Assembly: GCA_017450965.1 (NCBI GenBank)
Contig: JAFSSQ010000010.1
Span: 6,424 to 70,423, forward strand
Length of the DNA stretch: 64,000 bases
Direction: 5' to 3'
Origin: Clostridia bacterium
GTDB lineage: Bacteria; Bacillota; Clostridia; Oscillospirales; CAG-272
Shown: positions 18,985-27,061 of the stretch, piece by piece
Numbering within the stretch: the first letter of the stretch is position 1
Layout: every line of letters begins with the position of its first letter
Position numbers and translations under genes: made by a program
The notes under the pieces: model-generated
The model's input: only the letters and a program-made list of their open reading frames with translations
What the model was told of the DNA's origin: nothing
Database searches by the model: none

Positions 18985-20493
18985 TCAGGGCAGGGTGATC
19001 TCGGCGCTGACCGTGCCGCTCACAGCGTCCCAGGAGTCGACCGCTTTGACAAGGACGCGGTAGGACCCGGCTTTGTCCATCGTGATCGAATAGGTAAAGG
19101 TCTTCTGCATCTCCGCCGCGGTCGCGCGGGCGTAGAAATCGCTGACGGCGAGGACGGTCTTTTCCGTTTTGCCCGTGGCGGTATCCACGACCTGCATTTC
19201 GTAGTGGTGGACGAAGTCGTCGTCCGTGCCCGCCGGGAGGGAGAGAGTCAGGGTGTGCCCGTCGCCGGCCGTCAGCGTGAGCGGGCCGGAGAGGGAGGGC
19301 GCGGCGTTCGCCGCTTCCCGTTCGGCTCTGCGGTAGAGGGTGAGGTGCGAGCCGTCCGCCTGCGGAGCGGGGAGCTCCCACGCCGTTTTGATCTCCTTCT
19401 TTTCGGAGAAGAGCAGGCGGGTGATCCGGACGTTGCCGCCTTCGTCGATCTGGACGAGCAGCCCGGTCGAAACGTCTCCGTTGGGGACGGCGAGCTGCGT
19501 CTTGTCGTTTTCCATGTTGTCGTACTTTTCGAGCTCAAAGGCGGTGTTCGAGGTGGAGCCGCAGTTGACCGCGGTAAAGGCGGTCTGCATGATGGAGCGC
19601 TCGTCGAAGACCGGCGTGTGGGTGTGTCCGGTGAAGACGATGACCTGCGGATATTTTTCCAGGACCGCCCCGAGGTTTTCGGTGCGCCAGCGGCTGTGCC
19701 CCGGCTCGTGATCCGCCTCGCTGCCGTAGGTCGTGTCCGCGATCGTCGGATGCGTTACCACAAAGACGTAAGAGGAGGGATCCTTTGCCGTGAGATCGGC
19801 AAGCGTATGGTCGATCCAGGTCAAAACCTCCGCGGCAAAGGGCGTGCCGTAGCCGTAGCTCGCCGGCTCCACGATGAGGAAATGATACCCGAAGAGGACG
19901 CTGTGCCGGTATCCTTTTTCCAGATCGGAGTCAACGTCCATCGCGTAGTAGTCCGCGCCGAGGTACGTTTCCTTCAGCGAGGGCTGGAAGGTCAGGGTAG
20001 AGCGGGTGTCGTGATTGCCGACGGCGACCAGCACGTTCGTTCCGAGCGATTTTGCTTTGTAATCGGAGAGGATCGTCGCAAAGCGCGAGATCTCCAGGTT
20101 GGCCGACTTGTCGCCTTTCGAGGTGTTGGAGACCATATCGCCCGCGACCACGAGCCCGCGCAGACCGTTCGGGTCGGACTTGGCGGCCTCGGCCAGCAGC
20201 TGGTTCAGCGCGTTGGTGAACATCCCCTTGTTTTTGGTCGCGCTGACGCTGATATGCACGTCGGAGATCGCGCCGAAGGAGAAGACGATCTTCGTTTCGT
20301 CAAACGACGGCAGGGGCTCTTTTTCCGCGGGAGCGGTCTCCTCCGGCGCCGTCTCGGCGGGGGCGGTCGAGGGCGTTTCCGTCAGCGCGCCGGTCTCTTC
20401 CGGCGGGAGGGCCGGATCGGCGGCGCAGCCGCAGCAGCCGATCATAGCGGCAAAGGACAGCAGGATAAAGAAAAGCGGGTGTTTGTGTTTCAT
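18985..20493 (-). CDS. Lipoprotein, calcineurin-like metallophosphoesterase with C-terminal beta domain
   Basis: Signal peptide ending MIGCCGC, PETA-rich linker, then ISDVH, AGDM, GNHD, THP, GHTH motifs. Confidence 0.85.
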   Translation of the reverse strand: MKHKHPLFFILLSFAAMIGCCGCAADPALPPEETGALTETPSTAPAETAPEETAPAEKEPLPSFDETKIVFSFGAISDVHISVSATKNKGMFTNALNQLLAEAAKSDPNGLRGLVVAGDMVSNTSKGDKSANLEISRFATILSDYKAKSLGTNVLVAVGNHDTRSTLTFQPSLKETYLGADYYAMDVDSDLEKGYRHSVLFGYHFLIVEPASYGYGTPFAAEVLTWIDHTLADLTAKDPSSYVFVVTHPTIADTTYGSEADHEPGHSRWRTENLGAVLEKYPQVIVFTGHTHTPVFDERSIMQTAFTAVNCGSTSNTAFELEKYDNMENDKTQLAVPNGDVSTGLLVQIDEGGNVRITRLLFSEKKEIKTAWELPAPQADGSHLTLYRRAEREAANAAPSLSGPLTLTAGDGHTLTLSLPAGTDDDFVHHYEMQVVDTATGKTEKTVLAVSDFYARATAAEMQKTFTYSITMDKAGSYRVLVKAVDSWDAVSGTVSAEITLP

Positions 20494-20560
20494 CGTTTTT
20501 TCCTCTGTTCTACCTTCCGGGCGGTTTCGCCCGGCGGATCGTTTCAATTGATTTCAGTTT

Positions 20561-20589
20561 ATCATATCACAAACCGGCGGGAAAAGCAA
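20561..20589 (-). promoter_or_regulatory. SigA-type promoter for the phosphoesterase
   Basis: TTGCTT-N17-TATGAT with a TG extension, on the minus strand. Confidence 0.6.
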
Positions 20590-20698
20590 TTTTTTTCTTC
20601 CCGCCCGGGCAACAAGCGGTAAAAAGACGCCAAGAATAGGCAAAAAAGCCGCCGCCGCTTTCCGCTTTGGCATATCTTGCAAAACTGCGGGAAGGCCC

Positions 20699-20727
20699 TT
20701 GCGTTTTCCGCCCGGCGGTGGTATACT
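20699..20727 (+). promoter_or_regulatory. SigA-type promoter for rbsK-SIS
   Basis: TTGCGT-N17-TATACT with extended -10 (TGn). Confidence 0.65.
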
Positions 20728-20766
20728 GGACGCAAAGAAAACGATAACCGAAAAGAGGGAAAGAAT

Positions 20767-21741
20767 ATGACAAAACGGAAACCTCGGATCCTCGTGGCGG
20801 GGAGTTTGGTGATGGACCTGATCTGCTCCGCGCCGCGCTTTCCGCAGAGCGGGGAGACGGTGATCGGCACGGATTTTTCCACCGCGCCGGGCGGAAAAGG
20901 CGCCAACCAGGCGGTCCAGGCCGCCCGCCTCGGCGCCGAGGTCGCGATGGTCGGCAAGATTGGGCGCGACGACTTCGGCCGGCAGATCCTTTCGTCGCTC
21001 CGGGAGTCCGGCGTCGATACGTCGGGAGTGCGCCTCTCGGAGAGCCGCCCCACCGCGATCGGCAATATCCAGCTTGAGGTGACGGAGGCGGGGACCGCCA
21101 ACCGGATCCTCGTCATTCCCGGCGCCAATATGGACTGGGAGGAGCGCGATCTCGCCCTGCTCGAGGAAAAGATCCCCGGCTGCGGGATGCTGATTTTGCA
21201 GCTGGAGATCCCGACGGAGGTCGACCTTGCCGCGGCGCGGATCGCCCGCCGCTACGGCGTTCCCGTGATGCTCAATTCCGCGCCCTCCGCGCCGATCCCG
21301 GAGGAGCTGCTTTCCGGACTTGACTATATCTCGCCGAACGAGCACGAGGCGTACGACCTCACCGGCGTGCGCGTGAGCGACCTTTCCTCCGCCCGCGAGG
21401 CGGCGGATATTCTGCTCCGGCGCGGAGTGAAAAACGTGATCATCACCCTCGGCAGCCGCGGCGCCGTCTTCTCGGACGGGACGCGCTTTCTGCACGGGCC
21501 GTGCGTGGACTTTGCGCCGACCCTCGACCCCACCGCCGCGGGAGACAGCTTCGTCGGCGCGTTCTCCGTCGCCGTCTGCCTCGGCGCGGAGCCGGAGGAG
21601 GCGCTCACCTTCGCCAACCACACCGCGGCGATCACCGTCTCCCGGATGGGCGCGCAGCCCAGTCTCCCCGCGCTGCCGGAGGTAACGGACTTTCTGAAAC
21701 GAAACGGACACGACGTGTCCCGCTATACGGAGGATCTTTGA
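20767..21741 (+). CDS. rbsK: Ribokinase-like PfkB kinase
   Basis: GSLVMD, PGGKGANQAVQAARLG, QLEIP, PNEHE, DPTAAGDSFVGA, AAITVSRMGAQPS. Substrate may not be ribose. Confidence 0.85.
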   Translation: MTKRKPRILVAGSLVMDLICSAPRFPQSGETVIGTDFSTAPGGKGANQAVQAARLGAEVAMVGKIGRDDFGRQILSSLRESGVDTSGVRLSESRPTAIGNIQLEVTEAGTANRILVIPGANMDWEERDLALLEEKIPGCGMLILQLEIPTEVDLAAARIARRYGVPVMLNSAPSAPIPEELLSGLDYISPNEHEAYDLTGVRVSDLSSAREAADILLRRGVKNVIITLGSRGAVFSDGTRFLHGPCVDFAPTLDPTAAGDSFVGAFSVAVCLGAEPEEALTFANHTAAITVSRMGAQPSLPALPEVTDFLKRNGHDVSRYTEDL

Positions 21742-21742
21742 G

Positions 21743-22339
21743 ATGGACGCTGTCGCCAGATTTACCGAAACCGTCCGCAGGGAGCTGGACGCTTTCCTCG
21801 CGGACATGAAAACGGAGGACTTTCTCCCCGCCGCCCGACTGATCCGGGAGGCGGAGGAAGCGGGCGGCCGCCTGCACGTTACGGGGATCGGCAAGCCGGC
21901 GCATATCGCCGCCTACGCCGCCTCCCTCTTTTCCTCCACCGGAACGCCCGCCTACTTCCTGCACGGCACGGAGGCGGTCCACGGCTCCTGCGGGCAGCTC
22001 GCGCCCGGGGACGCGGTGATCTGCATCTCCAACAGCGGGGAGACGGCGGAGCTGAAGGCGACCGCCGCGGCGATCCGCCGCAACGGCTGCAAGGTGATCG
22101 CCGTAACGGGCAACCCGGACTCCTGGCTCGGCCGCTTTGCGGACGTAACGCTCGCCGCGCCCGTCCGGGAGGAGGGCGGACCGCTCAACCGCGCGCCGCG
22201 CGCCTCCTTCCTCGTGGAAACGATCGTTTTGCAGGGGCTCTCGATCGTATTGCAGGAAAAGCGAGGGCTCACCCCGCAGGAGTACGTCCTGCGCCACCCC
22301 GGCGGCTCGCTCGGGCAGCTGCGGGAAAACGAAAAATAA
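21743..22339 (+). CDS. Single-domain SIS sugar-phosphate isomerase, KpsF/GutQ (arabinose-5-phosphate isomerase)-like, no CBS domains
   Basis: TGIGKPAHIA, STGTPAYFLHGTEAVHG, ISNSGET, HPGGSLG. Confidence 0.82.
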   Translation: MDAVARFTETVRRELDAFLADMKTEDFLPAARLIREAEEAGGRLHVTGIGKPAHIAAYAASLFSSTGTPAYFLHGTEAVHGSCGQLAPGDAVICISNSGETAELKATAAAIRRNGCKVIAVTGNPDSWLGRFADVTLAAPVREEGGPLNRAPRASFLVETIVLQGLSIVLQEKRGLTPQEYVLRHPGGSLGQLRENEK

Positions 22340-22360
22340 AAACGCCGCGTTCGCGGCGCA

Positions 22361-22402
22361 AAAGAGGACCGGTCCCCACTGGCGGCGGGGACCGGTCTTT
22401 TC
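22361..22402. terminator. Bidirectional intrinsic terminator
   Basis: 11-bp stem gaccggtcccc/ggggaccggtc followed by tttt, between convergent genes. Confidence 0.8.
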
Positions 22403-24046
22403 TCATTTGTTTAAGGTGATCTCAAGCAAAAAGGTATTGTAGCAAGGATCCCAGGTCGACATCACAAAGGCGATCTTCCGGCCGCCGTCCCGCGAGAGGG
22501 CGGGGCAGCTGAAGCCGCCGTACACGCCCGCCCCGACCGAGGGGAAGGTGATGTCGGCCGAGAGGGCGTAGGGCCCTTCCGGCTTTTTGGCGGTGTAGAG
22601 GTGGAAGACGTTGTCCTTTTTGAAGGAGACGATCCACTCGCCGAGGTACTCGTTATAGAAGATCGTGTTCTCCGATACGCGCGCGTCGATCAGCGGGAAC
22701 TCGCTCCGGATCCCCGCCTCGCCCGCCGTCCAGACGGCGCTGCCGTCCGCGTCGTAGCCGGTGAGGTACTCGTAGGCGGAGAGCGTTTCGATCTTGTCCG
22801 CGTCCACCCGCATCATCCGGGCAAAGCCGAGCCGCCCGCCGGTGATCCCGGTCAGGTAGACCTTGCCGTCCGCGGGGTTGTAGGCGGGCGAGATCTGGCA
22901 GAACTTCGTGTCTCCTTCCCAGCGGATCCCGTCGACGATCTGCCACGTCTTGCCGTCGTCAGCGGATTTGGCGAGCCCGCCGTAGTTGCAGTCCCAGCCG
23001 TTGTCGGTGCTCCACTCGCGCACCGACATAAAGTAGAAGTAGAGGTTATCGCCGAGGGAGATCGCGCCCGTCGGGATCTTCGAATACTCGGTTTTCGGCT
23101 TTTTCATCCCGGGGATCAGCTCGGTCGCAAAGTCGCCGGAGGAGGCGTACATCCCGTCGAAGACGATGCCGTTGGTGTAATCGAGGTCGGTCGTGTAGGC
23201 GGCGGTGTTGGTGCGCCAGCCGTCCTTGCGCTCCCCGCCGGAGAAGGTATCGCCGAAGAAGAACCAGAGCGTGTCCTTGTGCAGAACGGGGAAGCCGAGG
23301 TCAAGCCCGCACACGTTGTAGAGAGAATGGGTGCGGTTGACCGAATACTCGCCCGTCAGCATGGCGATCGTCCTCACGCCCGTCACGGCGCGGAGGGGGG
23401 AGGAGGCGTTCCCGGTCACGGCGGTCGAGATCACGGCGGTATGCAGCTTTTCCACGACCGCGGTCCCCTGCTTTTCGTAGTCGTTGTAGGAGGAGAAACG
23501 GCTGACCGAGAGGGTGCGGCTGAGGGAGAGCCCGTCCCCGTCCCGCTCGAGGCACCGGCCGACCAGCCAGTCGACCGCGTTCAGTACCTCCGCGTCGCTG
23601 CCGCCGAGCAGGTAGATCGCCGTGCGGCCGTCCGTTTCCTCGACGAAAACGGAAAACTCCGTTTCCCGCAGGCGGGTCTCGTTTTTCTCCTTGCGGGAGG
23701 AAAACCCGACGACGATCTCCGCCTCGCCCGGCTCCGGCGTTTCGCGGTCGGTCGAGGCGGCCAGCCGCACCCCGGTCGCGTCCCGGACGTACTCCCGCAG
23801 AGAGGAGACGGCCGCTTTGACGGAGGCGGAGGCGTTATCCGCCCGGATCAGGGTAAAGGCGGAGGCGCCGCCCGAAACGAGCCGGATCCGCCCGTCGGCG
23901 GGCGCGGCGGGAGCCGCCGTTTCGCTTTCCGCCGGAGCGGAGGTCTCACCGGTCGCCGCGGGGGCCTTGTCACAGGCAAGGAGAAAAAGAAAAGGGAAGA
24001 GGGAGATCAGAAAGAGGGAAAACAGTTTCACAGAAAAACGGTTCAT
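22403..24046 (-). CDS. Lipoprotein with N-terminal alpha/beta accessory domain and DUF4185 (GH183-like endo-D-arabinofuranase) domain
   Basis: Lipobox LLAC; GLDLG, FFGDTF, WRTN, IPTGAI, YFYFMSV, S-x-D-x-G-x-T-W box, VSE. Confidence 0.75.
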   Translation of the reverse strand: MNRFSVKLFSLFLISLFPFLFLLACDKAPAATGETSAPAESETAAPAAPADGRIRLVSGGASAFTLIRADNASASVKAAVSSLREYVRDATGVRLAASTDRETPEPGEAEIVVGFSSRKEKNETRLRETEFSVFVEETDGRTAIYLLGGSDAEVLNAVDWLVGRCLERDGDGLSLSRTLSVSRFSSYNDYEKQGTAVVEKLHTAVISTAVTGNASSPLRAVTGVRTIAMLTGEYSVNRTHSLYNVCGLDLGFPVLHKDTLWFFFGDTFSGGERKDGWRTNTAAYTTDLDYTNGIVFDGMYASSGDFATELIPGMKKPKTEYSKIPTGAISLGDNLYFYFMSVREWSTDNGWDCNYGGLAKSADDGKTWQIVDGIRWEGDTKFCQISPAYNPADGKVYLTGITGGRLGFARMMRVDADKIETLSAYEYLTGYDADGSAVWTAGEAGIRSEFPLIDARVSENTIFYNEYLGEWIVSFKKDNVFHLYTAKKPEGPYALSADITFPSVGAGVYGGFSCPALSRDGGRKIAFVMSTWDPCYNTFLLEITLNK

Positions 24047-24102
24047 AACGGCCTCACAAGGGGGCCGGGCGCCGCCCGGTCCCGGTTTTTTAGAGGAAGA
24101 AA

Positions 24103-24138
24103 GCGGGACCGTAGGCGCGAAAACGCCTGCGGTCCCGC
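24103..24138 (-). terminator. Internal stem-loop (partial terminator or stabiliser)
   Basis: gcgggaccg.aggcg/cgcct.cggtcccgc stem followed by tttctt on the minus strand, between two co-oriented genes. Confidence 0.55.
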
Positions 24139-24146
24139 GCGTTTTG

Positions 24147-25490
24147 TCAGTTTTCGTTTGCGGAGCGGCAGCGGAAGAAGAGGATCGCAGAGGCAACGCA
24201 CCCGCAGAGAGAAACGATCAGGAGGATAATGGCGTAGACGGGAACAGAGGAGGAGCCGGAGCCGCTGCTCGCGGGGGTCGTTTCCGCGGCGGTCTCGGCG
24301 GGCGCCTTGGTCTCGGCGGCCTGCGTTTCGGCGGGCTTGGTCTCGACGGTCGCCTGGGTCTCCGCCGCGTCCGTTTCACCGGGCGCTGCGGTCTCGGGGG
24401 CGGCCGTTTCGGGCGCTTCGGTCTCGACCGGGACCTTCGACGCGTCGTAGAGGACCTGGTCAAAGCCGGTCGCTTTCGTCAGGAGGTCGGCGTTGGGCGT
24501 CTCCCAGGCGGAGGCGTCCAGGGTAATCCCCTGCGAGAACTTTTCGTGCTCGCCGACGTCGCCGGTGACGATCATTCCCTTTTTCGCGAAGGTGCCGCCG
24601 TTGATCTTCAGGACGGCGGTCCCTTTGATGCTGCCGGAGCCGGCAACGGCGCCGGTGATTTCCGTCGTGTCGATGAAGTCGCCGCCGTTGATGACGACGG
24701 TGGCGTTGCCTTCGACCGTCCCGGTGCCGAGGACGCGGATCGACTTTTTGAAGGTACCGCCGTTGATGGTCAGCAGGACGTCGCCCTTGATCGTGCCGTC
24801 GCCCGCGGCAAAGACTTCCGCGTTGATCTCGCCGCCGTTGATGGTAACGGAAACGCTTCCTTCATTGACGCAGTTGAGCTTCTGGTTGTTCCGGGTGCCG
24901 CCGCGGATCATCTGCCAGGAGCCGCCGTTGATGGTCAGATCGCCGCCGTGCGCGGCGTCCTGCGCGGCGTCGTCGTTACGGCCGGCGGTGATGCCGATGT
25001 AGTTGGAGCTGCCGTCTTTGACGCACTCCACGTCCTCGCCGATCACGACCTTGTTGCCGTTGCAGCAGTAGAGCGAGGTGCTCTTCTGGACGCGGATCTT
25101 CAGATGGTCGAGCGTGTGCGCGCTGTTGAAGTAGAGCCACATATCGGAGAGCAGCGCGGCTTCCGCCGTCGTACGGTAGTCGGTCCCGTTCCAGACGCTG
25201 GTCAGCGTATAGGCGCCCGTGGCGGTTTCCGGCGTGCGGTAGTCGGAGCCGTCGGCGGAGCGGGAGAGGGTCAGCGGTCCGCAGATCACGATCATGCCGC
25301 CGTTCGGCAGCGCGGCGTAAGCGGCGTTCAGAGAGGCCTTCGCCTTCTCGGGGGAGGAGCCGTCGGAGAGGTCGCTTCCGTTATCGCTGATAAAGCAGAC
25401 GTCATCCGCCGCCGCCGCGGGCGCGGCGGCGAGGGGGACGAGGAGCGTCAGGACAAGGAGAAGAGAGAGAAGATAACAAATCTTTTTCAT
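24147..25490 (-). CDS. Secreted, C-terminally anchored surface protein with a probable beta-solenoid domain
   Basis: Signal peptide; FISDNGSDLSDGSSPEKA start motif; repeated (L/V)xINGG units; PETAAP linker; C-terminal TM plus basic tail; AAAGGAG RBS. Confidence 0.7.
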   Translation of the reverse strand: MKKICYLLSLLLVLTLLVPLAAAPAAAADDVCFISDNGSDLSDGSSPEKAKASLNAAYAALPNGGMIVICGPLTLSRSADGSDYRTPETATGAYTLTSVWNGTDYRTTAEAALLSDMWLYFNSAHTLDHLKIRVQKSTSLYCCNGNKVVIGEDVECVKDGSSNYIGITAGRNDDAAQDAAHGGDLTINGGSWQMIRGGTRNNQKLNCVNEGSVSVTINGGEINAEVFAAGDGTIKGDVLLTINGGTFKKSIRVLGTGTVEGNATVVINGGDFIDTTEITGAVAGSGSIKGTAVLKINGGTFAKKGMIVTGDVGEHEKFSQGITLDASAWETPNADLLTKATGFDQVLYDASKVPVETEAPETAAPETAAPGETDAAETQATVETKPAETQAAETKAPAETAAETTPASSGSGSSSVPVYAIILLIVSLCGCVASAILFFRCRSANEN

Positions 25491-25522
25491 GATAGGTACT
25501 CCTTTCTGAAATCCCGGCGGGA

Positions 25523-27037
25523 TCAGTTGCCGAGTGTTTCGCGGAGCTTGACGTACTCGGCTTTCGCGGCGTCCACGTTCGCGGCGTAGACAGAGGCGAA
25601 GCCGTTGGTTCCGCGGATCGCTTCGGTGCGCAGATTGGTGATGATCTTAGCGGGATCGAGGGTAACGCCGAGGTCAAAGGTGCGATCCTGCAGGATCAGG
25701 GTCAGCATGTCGACGTTGAGGTCGTGGTCGCGCACGCTGCGGGTCCCGAAGACGTGATCAAAGAACACCGTCTTGATGTCGCGCTGATTGAGATAGCCCA
25801 TCGCGTTGATCACGGCGACGGTCTCGGTCTGATGCTCGGTCGCGCCGTAGGGGATCGTAACGATCGACATCTGCGGGCTCTGGATCAGAGAGTTGTAGCT
25901 TTCCTGCTTTTCGTCGAATTTGGGGAAGGGCAGGAAGCCGTAGTCGTCCTGCATATCCCAGAGCTGGAAGGAGCCGCAGATCGTCTCGGCGAAGAAGAGG
26001 AAGCGGCCGGTGGAGAAATAGATGCCGGATTTGCCGGCCAGGCTCGTGCCGCCGGAGTAGGAGGTGTCGTGCACGTTGAGGGTGGTGTCGTGAGAGAAGA
26101 CGCGGGTCAGCTGCTCCAGAGCGGCGACCTTCCGGTCGGTCAGCTCGAAGAGCGTCGGCCAGTTCTCGTCGTCGGACGCCGCGCAGGTCTCGTCCATGCC
26201 GTTGAGCGTGTACTCAAAGGTCTGGTTGCCGCAGACAAGGCCGTACTGGTCGTATTCGTAATCCATCTTGTCGTTGGCGTTCAGGTCATCGGTGCCGGCG
26301 GCGATCATTTCGTTCCACTTGTCGATCGTCCACTTGCCCTCGCGGACGAGCTGGAAGGCGTCCTCGAGGTTGAGAGTCTTCCCGAGCGTGTAGTTGTACA
26401 TGATGCAGGCGGTGGATTTCCAGGCCATGATGTTCATTTCGCCCATCGCGAAGTAACGGTACTTGCCGCCCCAGTTGAGGGTGTCGTTGACCGTCTTGTT
26501 CCACCAGGGATCGTCGAAGTTGAGCCCTTCCACCTCGTTGAGGTTGGTGACAAGCGCGCCGGAGAGGAGTTTGGTCATCTGGGTCCCGTTGGAGAAGTAG
26601 GAGTCGTAGGTGTGGTCGCCGGAGTTGACCTCCCGGCGGATCGTGTCGCCCGCGTTGGTGTGGGTCTTCTGGTCGTGGAGAATGGTGCAGTCAAAGGTGT
26701 CTTCGATCTCGCTGTTGCGGCGGTAGAGCGCCTCGGAGAGGACTTCTCCGTCCGAGTTGCCGGCGATATCGTAGTTGATCCACCAGTTCGTGTCGCCGCC
26801 GGTCAGGAAGTAGATGGTGGCGCCGTCAAAGTTCTTTTTGCCGAATTTTTCCTCAAGAGAGAGGTTCGAGGCCGCCGCGTTGTCGGTCTCCGTGGAGCCG
26901 GCGGGCGTCGTGCCGGAGGGGCCGGCCGGAGAAGGATTGCGGGCCGCTCCCGCGATGATGACCGTCATCCAGACGGCCACGGCGAGGAAGACGACAAAGA
27001 GCGCGGCGAAGATAGGGCTGCTTTTTTTAGAAAGCAT
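25523..27037 (-). CDS. Extracellular solute-binding protein (carbohydrate ABC SBP-like)
   Basis: N-terminal TM anchor; WWNKTVN, GKWTIDKW, DDYGFLPFPKFDEKQ features typical of clostridial sugar SBPs; AGGAGG RBS. Confidence 0.8.
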   Translation of the reverse strand: MLSKKSSPIFAALFVVFLAVAVWMTVIIAGAARNPSPAGPSGTTPAGSTETDNAAASNLSLEEKFGKKNFDGATIYFLTGGDTNWWINYDIAGNSDGEVLSEALYRRNSEIEDTFDCTILHDQKTHTNAGDTIRREVNSGDHTYDSYFSNGTQMTKLLSGALVTNLNEVEGLNFDDPWWNKTVNDTLNWGGKYRYFAMGEMNIMAWKSTACIMYNYTLGKTLNLEDAFQLVREGKWTIDKWNEMIAAGTDDLNANDKMDYEYDQYGLVCGNQTFEYTLNGMDETCAASDDENWPTLFELTDRKVAALEQLTRVFSHDTTLNVHDTSYSGGTSLAGKSGIYFSTGRFLFFAETICGSFQLWDMQDDYGFLPFPKFDEKQESYNSLIQSPQMSIVTIPYGATEHQTETVAVINAMGYLNQRDIKTVFFDHVFGTRSVRDHDLNVDMLTLILQDRTFDLGVTLDPAKIITNLRTEAIRGTNGFASVYAANVDAAKAEYVKLRETLGN

Positions 27038-27061
27038 CGTGGTTTCCTCCTTTTTTTTGTT

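Noticed and set aside
20677-20766. Upstream extensions of ORF-track calls (also 24047-24196, 29204-29305, 50206-50262, 50446-50550, 59234-59497, 63251-63424, 43178-43744)
   Set aside because: They run through promoters or other genes. Downstream ATGs have better RBSs and match family N-termini.
24270-24440. Short repeated DNA units that could suggest a CRISPR array or VNTR (also 47340-47640)
   Set aside because: Degenerate, in-frame codons for ETAAP linkers. No constant repeat-spacer period and no cas genes.
27049-27057. T9 run (A9 on the coding strand) upstream of the SBP RBS
   Set aside because: Intergenic, so it cannot shift a frame, and no promoter spacing depends on it.
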